From Verrucomicrobiota bacterium (GTDB taxonomy: Bacteria; Verrucomicrobiota; Verrucomicrobiia; Limisphaerales; J093), in the NCBI GenBank assembly GCA_016871715.1, contig VHCO01000010.1:194-64193 (forward strand): DNA of 64,000 bases, read 5' to 3'. The notes under the pieces were generated by a model. The model was not told where the DNA came from. It searched no databases and worked only from the letters and a program-made list of their open reading frames with translations. Made by a program: the position numbers and the translations under genes. This document shows, piece by piece, positions 30,947-39,010 of this stretch. Positions within the stretch are counted from its first letter, which is position 1, and every line of letters begins with the position of its first letter.

Positions 30947-31855
30947 ATGAGTAAAGGGTCAGGTGTCAGCAGGAGCGAGTGCGGCGAGCGGTCGAGTACG
31001 GAGCTAGGCCGCAAGTTGCAGCGGATTCGGCCGTGGGTGCAAACGGCCTTTCTGGGGGTCTGGCTGGCGCCATTGAGTCGTTGGGTGGGCGGCATCCCGA
31101 GCTGTGTGTTTCACTGTTACTCGTGTCCGCTGGCCTCGTTTGCGTGTCCGGTGGGTGTGGCCGCCAACTATGCAGCGCTGTTCCCGGCGCTGTTCGAGAT
31201 CCCATACTTGTTGCTAGGGGTCTTGGTGTTGGCCGGGATCGCGGTAGGTTCGTTGGCCTGCGGTTGGGCCTGTCCGTTTGGCTTTTTGCAGGATCTCTTG
31301 GGCAAGGTCACTGCCTGGAAGATCGCGTTGCCGGGTTGGGCCGGGCATCTGCGGTACGTCGTGCTGGTAGGCTTGGTGTTGCTTCTGCCGATGGTCCTGG
31401 GCGCCCGCGGCATTCCCTACGAGCGGCAGGTCATCTCGATTTGTCGGCTGTGCCCCGCAGGCGCGCTCGAAGCGGGCTTACCCTACTCGATCCAGAGCCT
31501 GGTGGCGGGTGAGGGTTGGCTCATGAGCTGGTTCAAGACGGCCATTCTCGTGGCGTTCCTCGTTGGGGCGATGGTGGTTTATCGGCCGTGGTGCCGGCTG
31601 TTCTGCCCGCTGGGCGGTTGGTTGGCGATCTTCAATCGGTGGAGTCTCTTCCACTTGCGGTTCGAGGCGCGAGCCTGCGTCGAGTGCAACCTGTGTCGCA
31701 GCCGCTGTCCGGTGGGTGTCCACGTGGATCAGGCGGTCAATGTGCCCGGGTGCATCCGCTGCCTCGAATGCACCACCTGCGGCGCCATCCGACCCGCGCT
31801 GGCGTTACCTCGAGGCCCGGCGCTCGAACGCGTGCCCGAGGACAGGCGGCCGTAA
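30947..31855 (+). CDS. Membrane 4Fe-4S binding protein (NapH/MauN/RdxA-like ferredoxin)
   Basis: CYSCPLASFACPVG, CGWACPFG, CRLCPAG, WCRLFCPLG, CVECNLCRSRCP, CIRCLECTTC. Several TM helices. Confidence 0.9.
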   Translation: MSKGSGVSRSECGERSSTELGRKLQRIRPWVQTAFLGVWLAPLSRWVGGIPSCVFHCYSCPLASFACPVGVAANYAALFPALFEIPYLLLGVLVLAGIAVGSLACGWACPFGFLQDLLGKVTAWKIALPGWAGHLRYVVLVGLVLLLPMVLGARGIPYERQVISICRLCPAGALEAGLPYSIQSLVAGEGWLMSWFKTAILVAFLVGAMVVYRPWCRLFCPLGGWLAIFNRWSLFHLRFEARACVECNLCRSRCPVGVHVDQAVNVPGCIRCLECTTCGAIRPALALPRGPALERVPEDRRP

Positions 31856-31899
31856 GAGCTGAAGGGCAAGGGGCGAAAGTCAGGCGCAGAATCCATCCG

Positions 31900-33495
31900 T
31901 CAGCGGCCCGACTGACCAGGAGGCCGCGGACTGGGTGGTGGCGACATACGGTCGAGGGCTGGGAAGGGGAAATCGGACGAGGGCGTTCGCTGCTCGCGCA
32001 GGATACGCTCGAGCCGAGCCACGAGCTCCGGATGCTGCGCGGCGACATCTGTGGTCTCGGCGCGGTCGGTCTTAAGGTGGTAAAGTTCAAGGCCGAGGTC
32101 GGGCGAGGCGTTGTTGCCGCGCGCCGTGAGGTTGCGACGGATGCCCTTCCAATCCCCCCAATGGACGCTCTGCTGGCCGCCGTAGCCGGGAAACTCGCGG
32201 TAGAGAAACGGACGCGCCGGCTGGGTCTGGCCCAACAGCGTGGGCGCCAAGCTGAACCCGTCCAGGTCTTTAGGCGCCGTCTCCGGTGCGCCCGCCAGGT
32301 CTAGGAGCGTGGGCAGCCAGTCCTCGAAGCCGCTCAAGAAGTCGGTGGCTGAGCCGGGTGGGATGTGCCCCTTCCAACGGACCAGAGTCGGCACGCGGAT
32401 GCCCCCCTCGTAAAGCGTGCCCTTGCCGTCGCGCAACCCACCGGCCGAGTCGAAGAAGGCGCAATCGGTGCCGGCCAAGCCCTGGTGCGTGCCGTTGAGC
32501 GGGCCATTGTCGCTCGAGAAGACAACGACGGTGCGCTCGTCCAAACCCAACTCCCCGATCAAAGTCATCAACCGGCCGATCTCGCGGTCCATGCGGGTGA
32601 TCATAGCGGCGTAGGCAGCCTTCGGGTGGAAGTGCGGGAGGTAACCTTTGCCGCCGACGTAGGGTGGGTCGTCCCAGCGACCGACGTACTCCTCGATCGA
32701 ATCGTTGGGCACCTGCAGCGCCACATGCGGGACGGTCGTGGGCCAGTAGAGGAAGAACGGCCGGGCCCGATGGGCGCGCACGAAGGCCAACGCCCGATCG
32801 GCAATGAGGTCGGCGGAGTATTGGTTGCCTTGAAACCGGCGGTAGGTCGCTGCCCGGTTCGCATCTTCGGTCGGCTCGAGCTTGTCGTGCGCGGAGAAGG
32901 GCGGGTTGTCGAGGGCGACGGTTTTCCCGTTGTCCCAGAGGTAAGTCGGATAGAAATTGTGCGCCACAGCCTGGCAGTTGTAGCCGAACCAGCGATCGAA
33001 GCCCTGCCGGAGCGGTTCTCCCGTCGAGCCTGGCCCACCCAGTCCCCACTTGCCGAAGCCGCCCGTCGCATAGCCTAAGGACCGCAGCAACTCCGGCAGG
33101 GTGACGGTCTCGTCCGGGATGGGATGCTGGCCCTCGACCTCGGGTTGGCCCAAGCGGGACAGGGCGCGATCGCCCATCTGGCGGTTGTTGCGAATGAAGG
33201 CGTGGCCCGGATGTTTGCCGGTCATGAGGACACAGCGCGACGGGGCGCAGACGGCATTGCCGGCATAGTGACGTGTCAACTTCATGCCTTCAGCCGCCAA
33301 GCGATCCAGGTGGGGTGTGCGGATCTTCTGCTGGCCGAAACAGCCGAGGTCGCCATAGCCCAGGTCATCAGCCAAAATGAAGACGATGTTCGGCCGGGCG
33401 GAGGCAGGTGACGCCGGCGCTGCGGTGAGGGTGCGGGGGGTTGGGGCGCCACAGGCCAGGGCGCAGAGTGCCCCCATCGCGATCAGGGATTTCAT
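31900..33495 (-). CDS. Arylsulfatase (formylglycine-dependent sulfatase)
   Basis: PNIVFILADDLGYGD, CAPSRCVLMTG, GKWGLG, SSDNG, LYEGGIRVP. N-terminal signal peptide. Confidence 0.95.
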   Translation of the reverse strand: MKSLIAMGALCALACGAPTPRTLTAAPASPASARPNIVFILADDLGYGDLGCFGQQKIRTPHLDRLAAEGMKLTRHYAGNAVCAPSRCVLMTGKHPGHAFIRNNRQMGDRALSRLGQPEVEGQHPIPDETVTLPELLRSLGYATGGFGKWGLGGPGSTGEPLRQGFDRWFGYNCQAVAHNFYPTYLWDNGKTVALDNPPFSAHDKLEPTEDANRAATYRRFQGNQYSADLIADRALAFVRAHRARPFFLYWPTTVPHVALQVPNDSIEEYVGRWDDPPYVGGKGYLPHFHPKAAYAAMITRMDREIGRLMTLIGELGLDERTVVVFSSDNGPLNGTHQGLAGTDCAFFDSAGGLRDGKGTLYEGGIRVPTLVRWKGHIPPGSATDFLSGFEDWLPTLLDLAGAPETAPKDLDGFSLAPTLLGQTQPARPFLYREFPGYGGQQSVHWGDWKGIRRNLTARGNNASPDLGLELYHLKTDRAETTDVAAQHPELVARLERILREQRTPSSDFPFPALDRMSPPPSPRPPGQSGR

Positions 33496-33644
33496 GCGGC
33501 AGGATTATGTGGCCGGTCCTGCCAAAGCCAAGTCCAGAGAACCCGAATCCTTAGCGAGGCGGAGCGGGGATGGGACGGACACGCGCCTAGGCACTCCGGC
33601 ATCTCCAAGCCACGCCCAGGGGATCGGCCCGAGCCGCGCCGACC

Positions 33645-35090
33645 TCATATCCGCTCGAAGTAGCGCTGTTTCTCCCAGTCCGTGACCGCGTCGGCGAAGG
33701 CCTGCAGTTCGAGTCGCGCGTGGTGGACATAGAACTCGACCACCGCCTCGCCGAACGCGGCCCGAGCGAGTTCGCTGCGCTCGAACAAGTCCGTGGCGTC
33801 CCGGAGGCTGGCGGGCAACCGGGGAAGCTGGAGATCGACGTAGGCATTGCCGCGGTATTCCTCGCCGCAATCGAGTTGCTCGCGCACGCCCGCCATGCCC
33901 GCGGCGAGCATCGCCGCCAACGCCAGATAGGGATTCGCGTCGGCGCCCGGCATGCGGTTCTCGAGCCGGAAACTGTCGCCCTCGCCCACGACGCGGAACC
34001 CGACGGTGCGATTGTCCGTGGCCCAGGCCATGCGCGTGGGCGCCCAACTGCCGGGCTGGTACCGTTTGTAGCTGTTGATCGTCGGGGCGTAGCAATAGGC
34101 CAGCTCAGGCGAGTATTTCATCAAACCACCCAAGAACGAGCGGAACAATCGAGAACCGACGGCGCACGGCAGATGGCGGCTGGCAGCTTGGGCTGAGTCC
34201 CCACGTTCCACTTTCCTCGTTCCCCGCGTCGAGCTCCGTGCTGCGCGTGCGGTCTGCCGGGCGCCGCGCTCCTCGACAAAGCGGTTTTGGCCGCCTTGCC
34301 AGAGGCTGAGATGGATATGGCAGGAATTGCCGGCTTCACTCGGGGCGTATTTGGCCATGAAACTGACCGCCTTGCCGTGTTGCTCGGCGATCTCCTTGAC
34401 GCCTTGCTTGAAGAGGGTGTGGCGATCGGCCATCTCGAGAGGCGCAGCGCACGTGAAATTGATCTCGTGCTGACCGCGGCTCCACTCGCCCTTGCTGCTC
34501 TCGACCGGCACGCCGGCGGCGGTCATGCCGTTGCGGAGGGCGCGCATGAGGGGTTCGTCGCGCGTGGGTTGGAGGAGGTGATAATCGATGCGGTAATCGC
34601 TGGCAGGGACGAGGTCGCGGTAGCCGCTGGCAAAGGCGTTGTGGTAGGTCTGGTTGAACAGGTAGAACTCGAGTTCGGTGGCGCAACGGCAGGCCCAACC
34701 CGCTTGGTCGAGCCGCTCGAGTTGCCCGCGCAAGACGGAACGGGGCGCCTCGGCGACGAGGGCGCCATCGGGGCGGACATAATCGCAGATGACCAACGCC
34801 GATCCCGGCTGCCAAGGCAGCGCGCGCAGCGTGCTCAGGTCGGGGCGGAAGGCGAAATCGCCAAAGCCCGCCTCCCAATTGGCTACGCGGAAGCCATTGA
34901 GAGGGTCCATCTCGAGGTTGACGGTCAGGAGGTAATTGCAGCCGTGCGTGCCGTGGGCGGCCACGGACTCGATGAAGTGCTCGGCGCGAAAGCGTTTGCC
35001 GACCAAGCGCCCAAACGGGTCGGGGAACGCCACGAGGACGGTGTCGATGGCGCCGGCGCGAACTTGGGTTTTGAGTTGGGTGAGGGTCAT
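33645..35090 (-). CDS. Glutamine synthetase family protein (gamma-glutamylamine ligase, PuuA/GlnA4-like)
   Basis: GRLVGKR, ATELEFYLF, ESSKGEWSRGQHEIN, GNSCHIHLSL, NSYKRY, DNRTVGFR, ENRMPGADANPYL. Confidence 0.9.
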   Translation of the reverse strand: MTLTQLKTQVRAGAIDTVLVAFPDPFGRLVGKRFRAEHFIESVAAHGTHGCNYLLTVNLEMDPLNGFRVANWEAGFGDFAFRPDLSTLRALPWQPGSALVICDYVRPDGALVAEAPRSVLRGQLERLDQAGWACRCATELEFYLFNQTYHNAFASGYRDLVPASDYRIDYHLLQPTRDEPLMRALRNGMTAAGVPVESSKGEWSRGQHEINFTCAAPLEMADRHTLFKQGVKEIAEQHGKAVSFMAKYAPSEAGNSCHIHLSLWQGGQNRFVEERGARQTARAARSSTRGTRKVERGDSAQAASRHLPCAVGSRLFRSFLGGLMKYSPELAYCYAPTINSYKRYQPGSWAPTRMAWATDNRTVGFRVVGEGDSFRLENRMPGADANPYLALAAMLAAGMAGVREQLDCGEEYRGNAYVDLQLPRLPASLRDATDLFERSELARAAFGEAVVEFYVHHARLELQAFADAVTDWEKQRYFERI

Positions 35091-35100
35091 GGGTCGGGAA

Positions 35101-35343
35101 TCAGCGCAAGTGCGACAGCCGCGCGCGTTGCTCGAGCAGCTTGGCACGCCGGAAGTCGCGGTACGGCTCCAAGAGCAGTTCCTCCAATTGGCGCCGGGTC
35201 ATGCCGGGCAGCTCCGATCGAGCGAGGACGAGGTCCAGCTTCTCCCAATACCGCCGCAGGTGAGCGGCTTTGTCGCGGTCCGCGCCTGTGTCCAGGTCGA
35301 ACTTTGCCTGCAGGAGTGCCTCGAGCTCAGGATTTCGGGACAT
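35101..35343 (-). CDS. Hypothetical protein (80 aa)
   Basis: Protein-like composition. Overlaps the upstream gene by 17 nt and ends 10 nt before the GS-family start. Confidence 0.65.
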   Translation of the reverse strand: MSRNPELEALLQAKFDLDTGADRDKAAHLRRYWEKLDLVLARSELPGMTRRQLEELLLEPYRDFRRAKLLEQRARLSHLR

Positions 35344-35743
35344 GGCAGACCGCCTCGATCAGGTTAGCCTTCTGCTGAGGACTGAGCGGGCTGTGCCACA
35401 CGCGCTCGTCGGTGCGGAGCATCTCGACGGTCGCCTCGACATCCGCGAGGGTGAAGTGGTGGTAGGCGGGCGGCAACCCGCCTTGAGCAGTCGCTTGAGC
35501 GGCGACCCGCTCGCCTTCGGCGATGAGACTGGCGATCCAGGTCTTGTGTTGCCGCAGGTCGGCGGCGCTCGGGTCACGCAGGATCATGCGTTCGTCCACG
35601 GTGTCTTGAAAAAGCCGCACGGCCTTGAACCACGCCACGATTTCCTCGAGCAGGCCATAGCGCCGGGCCAGCAAGTCGCGGGTGTTCTGGTCGATGACCA
35701 GACCGACTGCCTCCCAGCGTGGACATTCCAGCACGTCTGTCAT
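35327..35743 (-). CDS. Hypothetical helical protein (138 aa)
   Basis: ATG 35743 lies 6 nt after a sigma70-like promoter. Protein-like composition; no recognisable motif. Confidence 0.65.
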   Translation of the reverse strand: MTDVLECPRWEAVGLVIDQNTRDLLARRYGLLEEIVAWFKAVRLFQDTVDERMILRDPSAADLRQHKTWIASLIAEGERVAAQATAQGGLPPAYHHFTLADVEATVEMLRTDERVWHSPLSPQQKANLIEAVCHVPKS

Positions 35744-35749
35744 GGGCGC

Positions 35750-35778
35750 ACTATGTTGTCTTTCCGACCCGCAGTCAA
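35750..35778 (-). promoter_or_regulatory. Sigma70-like promoter, leaderless geometry
   Basis: TTGACT-17nt-CATAGT-6nt-ATG on the minus strand. Confidence 0.55.
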
Positions 35779-35810
35779 CGCGGCCCAACCCTCGGCCCGC
35801 GGCGAGCCGT

Positions 35811-37241
35811 TCACTCCGCGACGTACACATTCTTTAACTCGGTGTACCCCTCGAGCGCGTTCATGCCCAGGTCGCGCCCGATGCCGCTCTGCTTAAACCC
35901 GCCGAACGGGGCCTCGACGTGGACGCTGGAGTGCGAGTTGACGCTCAGGACGCCGCTCTCGACCTGGCGCGCCACCCGCAACGCCCGCCGCAGGTCGTTG
36001 GTCCAAAGCGAGCCGCTGAGGCCGTAGGGGGTGGCGTTGACCTCGCGGATCATGGCCGTCTCATCGTCGAACGGCCTGACGGCCACCACCGGACCGAAGA
36101 TCTCCTCGCGCCAGCACCGGTCCGCCTGGCCCACCTCGAGCAGCACCGCGGGCTCGAGGTAATACCCCTTGCCCACAGGGCGGTTTCCGCCACAAGCGAA
36201 TCGACTGCCACGCTGCCGCGCATCCGTCAAGTATTCCTCGACCGTGGCACGTTGCCCGGCCGAGACCAGGGGACCGAGCTGGGTCTCGGGCTTAGCGGGG
36301 TCGCCCACGGCCAGTTTCCGTGTTGCCGCCACGAACTTCTCGACGAACGGCTCGTAGACCTTGCGCTCGACGAAGACGCGGCTGCGCGCGCAACAATCTT
36401 GGCCTGTATTGGCGAACACGCTCATCGGCGACGTCTCCGCCGCGCGCTCCCAGTCGGCATCCGCAAAGACGATGTTGGGCGATTTACCCCCGAGTTCGAG
36501 CGAGATGCGTTTGAGGTCGCGCGACGCCAGTTCCATGATGTGGCGGCCAATCTCGGTCGAGCCCGTGAACGAGACTTTGCGGATGAGCGGGTGCGTCACC
36601 AAGGCATCGCCGATCGCCGAACCGGCGCCCGGCAGCACCTGGAGCACGCCCGGCGGCAAACCGGCTTCGCAGGCCAGTTGACCGAGCTTGAGGGCGGTGA
36701 GCGGGGAGAGTGAGGCCGGCTTAAGGATCACAGCGTTGCCCGCGGCCAGAGCCGGCGCCACCTTCCAGCAGCCGATCGGGAAAGGGAAGTTCCACGGCAC
36801 AATGGCCGCCACGACGCCCAGGGGCGCATGCAGCGTGTAATCGAAGCCGCCGCGCCAGACCGGGATCGTCTGGCCACAGAATTTAGTGATGGCGCCTGCG
36901 TAGAACTCGAATACGCGCGCGCCTAGGCCGATCTCGTCGCGGGCGTCGCCGATCGGCTTGCCGATGTTTTGGCACTCGATTTGGGCGAGGTCCTCGAGGT
37001 GCTCGCGCAGGAGCCGGGCGATGGCATACATGACCTCAGTCCGTTTGCCCGGTGTCCAATCGCGCCAGTTGGATTCCCAGGCGCGATGGGCGGAGTCGAC
37101 GGCCGCGTCCACGTCGGCTAGATCGGCGGCGGCCACTTCGGCCAAGGGCGTCTCGGTGGCCGGGTTGACCAACGGCGTGCGCCGCCCGGAAGCCGAGTCT
37201 CGGTAGGAACCGTCCACGAACAACTGGTCAGGCAACTTCAT
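35811..37241 (-). CDS. NAD(P)-dependent aldehyde dehydrogenase
   Basis: IVPWNFP, FTGSTEIG, LELGGKSP, GQDCCA, EEIFGPV, PFGGFKQSGIGR. Confidence 0.95.
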   Translation of the reverse strand: MKLPDQLFVDGSYRDSASGRRTPLVNPATETPLAEVAAADLADVDAAVDSAHRAWESNWRDWTPGKRTEVMYAIARLLREHLEDLAQIECQNIGKPIGDARDEIGLGARVFEFYAGAITKFCGQTIPVWRGGFDYTLHAPLGVVAAIVPWNFPFPIGCWKVAPALAAGNAVILKPASLSPLTALKLGQLACEAGLPPGVLQVLPGAGSAIGDALVTHPLIRKVSFTGSTEIGRHIMELASRDLKRISLELGGKSPNIVFADADWERAAETSPMSVFANTGQDCCARSRVFVERKVYEPFVEKFVAATRKLAVGDPAKPETQLGPLVSAGQRATVEEYLTDARQRGSRFACGGNRPVGKGYYLEPAVLLEVGQADRCWREEIFGPVVAVRPFDDETAMIREVNATPYGLSGSLWTNDLRRALRVARQVESGVLSVNSHSSVHVEAPFGGFKQSGIGRDLGMNALEGYTELKNVYVAE

Positions 37242-37248
37242 GGCGCGC

Positions 37249-37277
37249 AGCCTATCGGCCCGACTGGCGCGGTTCAA
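37249..37277 (-). promoter_or_regulatory. Sigma70-like promoter, leaderless geometry
   Basis: TTGAAC-17nt-TAGGCT-7nt-ATG on the minus strand. Confidence 0.55.
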
Positions 37278-37696
37278 TCTCTATGCCGCAGGCCAGCCGT
37301 CCCGTAGCGCAGCTCGGTCACTCGAAGTTCACTACCCACGTCGCCTTTCGCCAGGTCCTCGGGCCACCCCGCAGCGAGCCTCGGCCGGCCTACGCCTCCT
37401 ACGCCACTCCTCTCGGAAGTTCGGGCATGCGCTGTAATCACAGCGCCTTACGGGCAAACGCCCTCGATGATCTCGACCTCTCCCTAGGTGGGCACCCTTG
37501 ATTCTCCGCCCCCCCGCCTCCCGTTGAAAGGGGTGCGTGGCTCGGGTCCGCCCAGGGTTGCATGTTCGAACACTCCCGAATCCTCAGCGAGGGGCTCAGC
37601 ACATGCCATTCCGGGTGGGATGGGTCAAAAGCCTGGCGGGGCGCGGGGCGCCAGCCCCGCTGGGCGAAGGTGGCCGTCCGCGATCCTGCCTTGTTA

Positions 37697-37806
37697 CTGA
37701 TGAGTCACTGAGCTGGACTACAACACGGCGGTAGGGCGCGCACTCCGCTGCGCGCCGCGGCTTCCTGTATCCACAATGGTTTACGGCGCGCAGAGGACTG
37801 CGCGCC
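37697..37806 (+). repeat. GTAG-type REP doublet (family A) with flank; inverted copy of 43647-43756
   Basis: GGTAGGGCGCGCACTCCGCTGCGCGCCG (37730-37757), 26-nt spacer, then CGGCGCGCAGAGGACTGCGCGCC. The 110 bp aligns with few mismatches to the reverse complement of 43647-43756. Confidence 0.85.
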
Positions 37807-38176
37807 TGCAAGCTGTCGTCTAGCCCGACCTCTGATCAGTGAGGATTCGAGAGACCTGGAGAGCTCTGAGCGGGTAGAATCTCGTTGAAACCTGGTTCTG
37901 AACCCCTAGCATTACCACCTCCATGTCTCGCCCCAGCCGAACCGGGGAGTGGGATCTAAACTGCCAAACATGCAGAGCTACCAGCTTGCCTTGCATACCG
38001 CCGACGGCCTCGCTGCGGACACGCCGCTAGCCGCGAAGCGATTGGCAACAGGACCGTACCCGCTGGCTGGCACTCCCCGTGAACCGGCCGTACCGCCGGG
38101 CCGGCCGCTCGGGCACGGTGAGCTGCCTCGCTCGGCGCGCCCAGCGGTCGCGCGACCGGTCAGTTGACTTGCACCG

Positions 38177-39010
38177 ATGTCTTCCCGGTTGCGACAAGTC
38201 CGCCACCTCGCCCTGGATATGGACGGTACGATCTACCGGGGCGGGACCCTGTTCGATAGCACCGTCCCATTCCTGGCGCGACTGTCGGAACTGGGCATCG
38301 GGTACACGTTCCTGACCAACAACCCCTCGAAGAGCCGGACGGACTATCTCGAGCACTTGCGCCAATTGGGTGTCCCAGCCACCTCCGCGCAGCTTTACAC
38401 CTCGACCCAAGCCACCATCGAGTTCATCCGGCAAACGCATCCGCGCGTGCAGAGGCTCTTTGCGCTGGGCACCCCCAGCATGAACGCAGAATTCACCGCC
38501 GCCGGTTTCGACTTGCTGCCCGACAGCCCGGAGGCAGAACCCGATGCCGTGCTCGTGGGCTTTGACCTCACCCTGACCTATGCGCGGCTGTGCCGGGCAG
38601 CCTGGTGGATCAGCCTGGGCAAACCCTGGTTCGCTACCAATCCCGATCGCGTCTGCCCGACGGACCTCCCGACGGTGCTGGTCGACTGCGGTTCCATCTG
38701 CGCCGCGCTCGAAGCGGCCACGGGACGCACCCCAACGGCCGTGTTGGGCAAGCCGGATCCGGCCATGCTCCGTGGCATCCTGCACGAACACGGCCTCCGA
38801 CCGGACCAGTTGGCGATGGTCGGCGACCGGCTTTACACCGACGTCGAGATGGCGCGTCGTGCCGGCGTGTTGGGCGTGTTGGTGTTGACGGGTGAAACCA
38901 AGGCGGAGGACGTGGCGCAGGCGGCCCAGGCGCCGGACCTGGTGGTTCCCTCGTTGCACGAACTGGGCCTCTTACTTCAAACCCATCGCTCTCCTTCTAC
39001 CTCGGTATGA
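38177..39010 (+). CDS. HAD-IIA family hydrolase (NagD-like phosphatase)
   Basis: LDMDGTIY, LTNNPS, ATNPD, LGKP, MVGDRLYTD, LVLTG. Confidence 0.92.
   Translation: MSSRLRQVRHLALDMDGTIYRGGTLFDSTVPFLARLSELGIGYTFLTNNPSKSRTDYLEHLRQLGVPATSAQLYTSTQATIEFIRQTHPRVQRLFALGTPSMNAEFTAAGFDLLPDSPEAEPDAVLVGFDLTLTYARLCRAAWWISLGKPWFATNPDRVCPTDLPTVLVDCGSICAALEAATGRTPTAVLGKPDPAMLRGILHEHGLRPDQLAMVGDRLYTDVEMARRAGVLGVLVLTGETKAEDVAQAAQAPDLVVPSLHELGLLLQTHRSPSTSV

Noticed and set aside
37445-37500. GGGCAAAC as a c-di-GMP-I riboswitch start
   Set aside because: No GNRA-capped P2 and no GCAAAGC segment follows.
37697-37725. CTGATGAGTC...GAC resembling a hammerhead ribozyme core (also on the minus strand at ~43730-43756)
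   Set aside because: The required GAAA after stem II is absent (TAC follows in both copies), and I found no stem I/III with a cleavage triplet.
37940-38110. Possible tmRNA-like tag region (AACTGCCAAA...)
   Set aside because: No tRNA-like ends and no tag ending in ALAA-type residues plus a stop.
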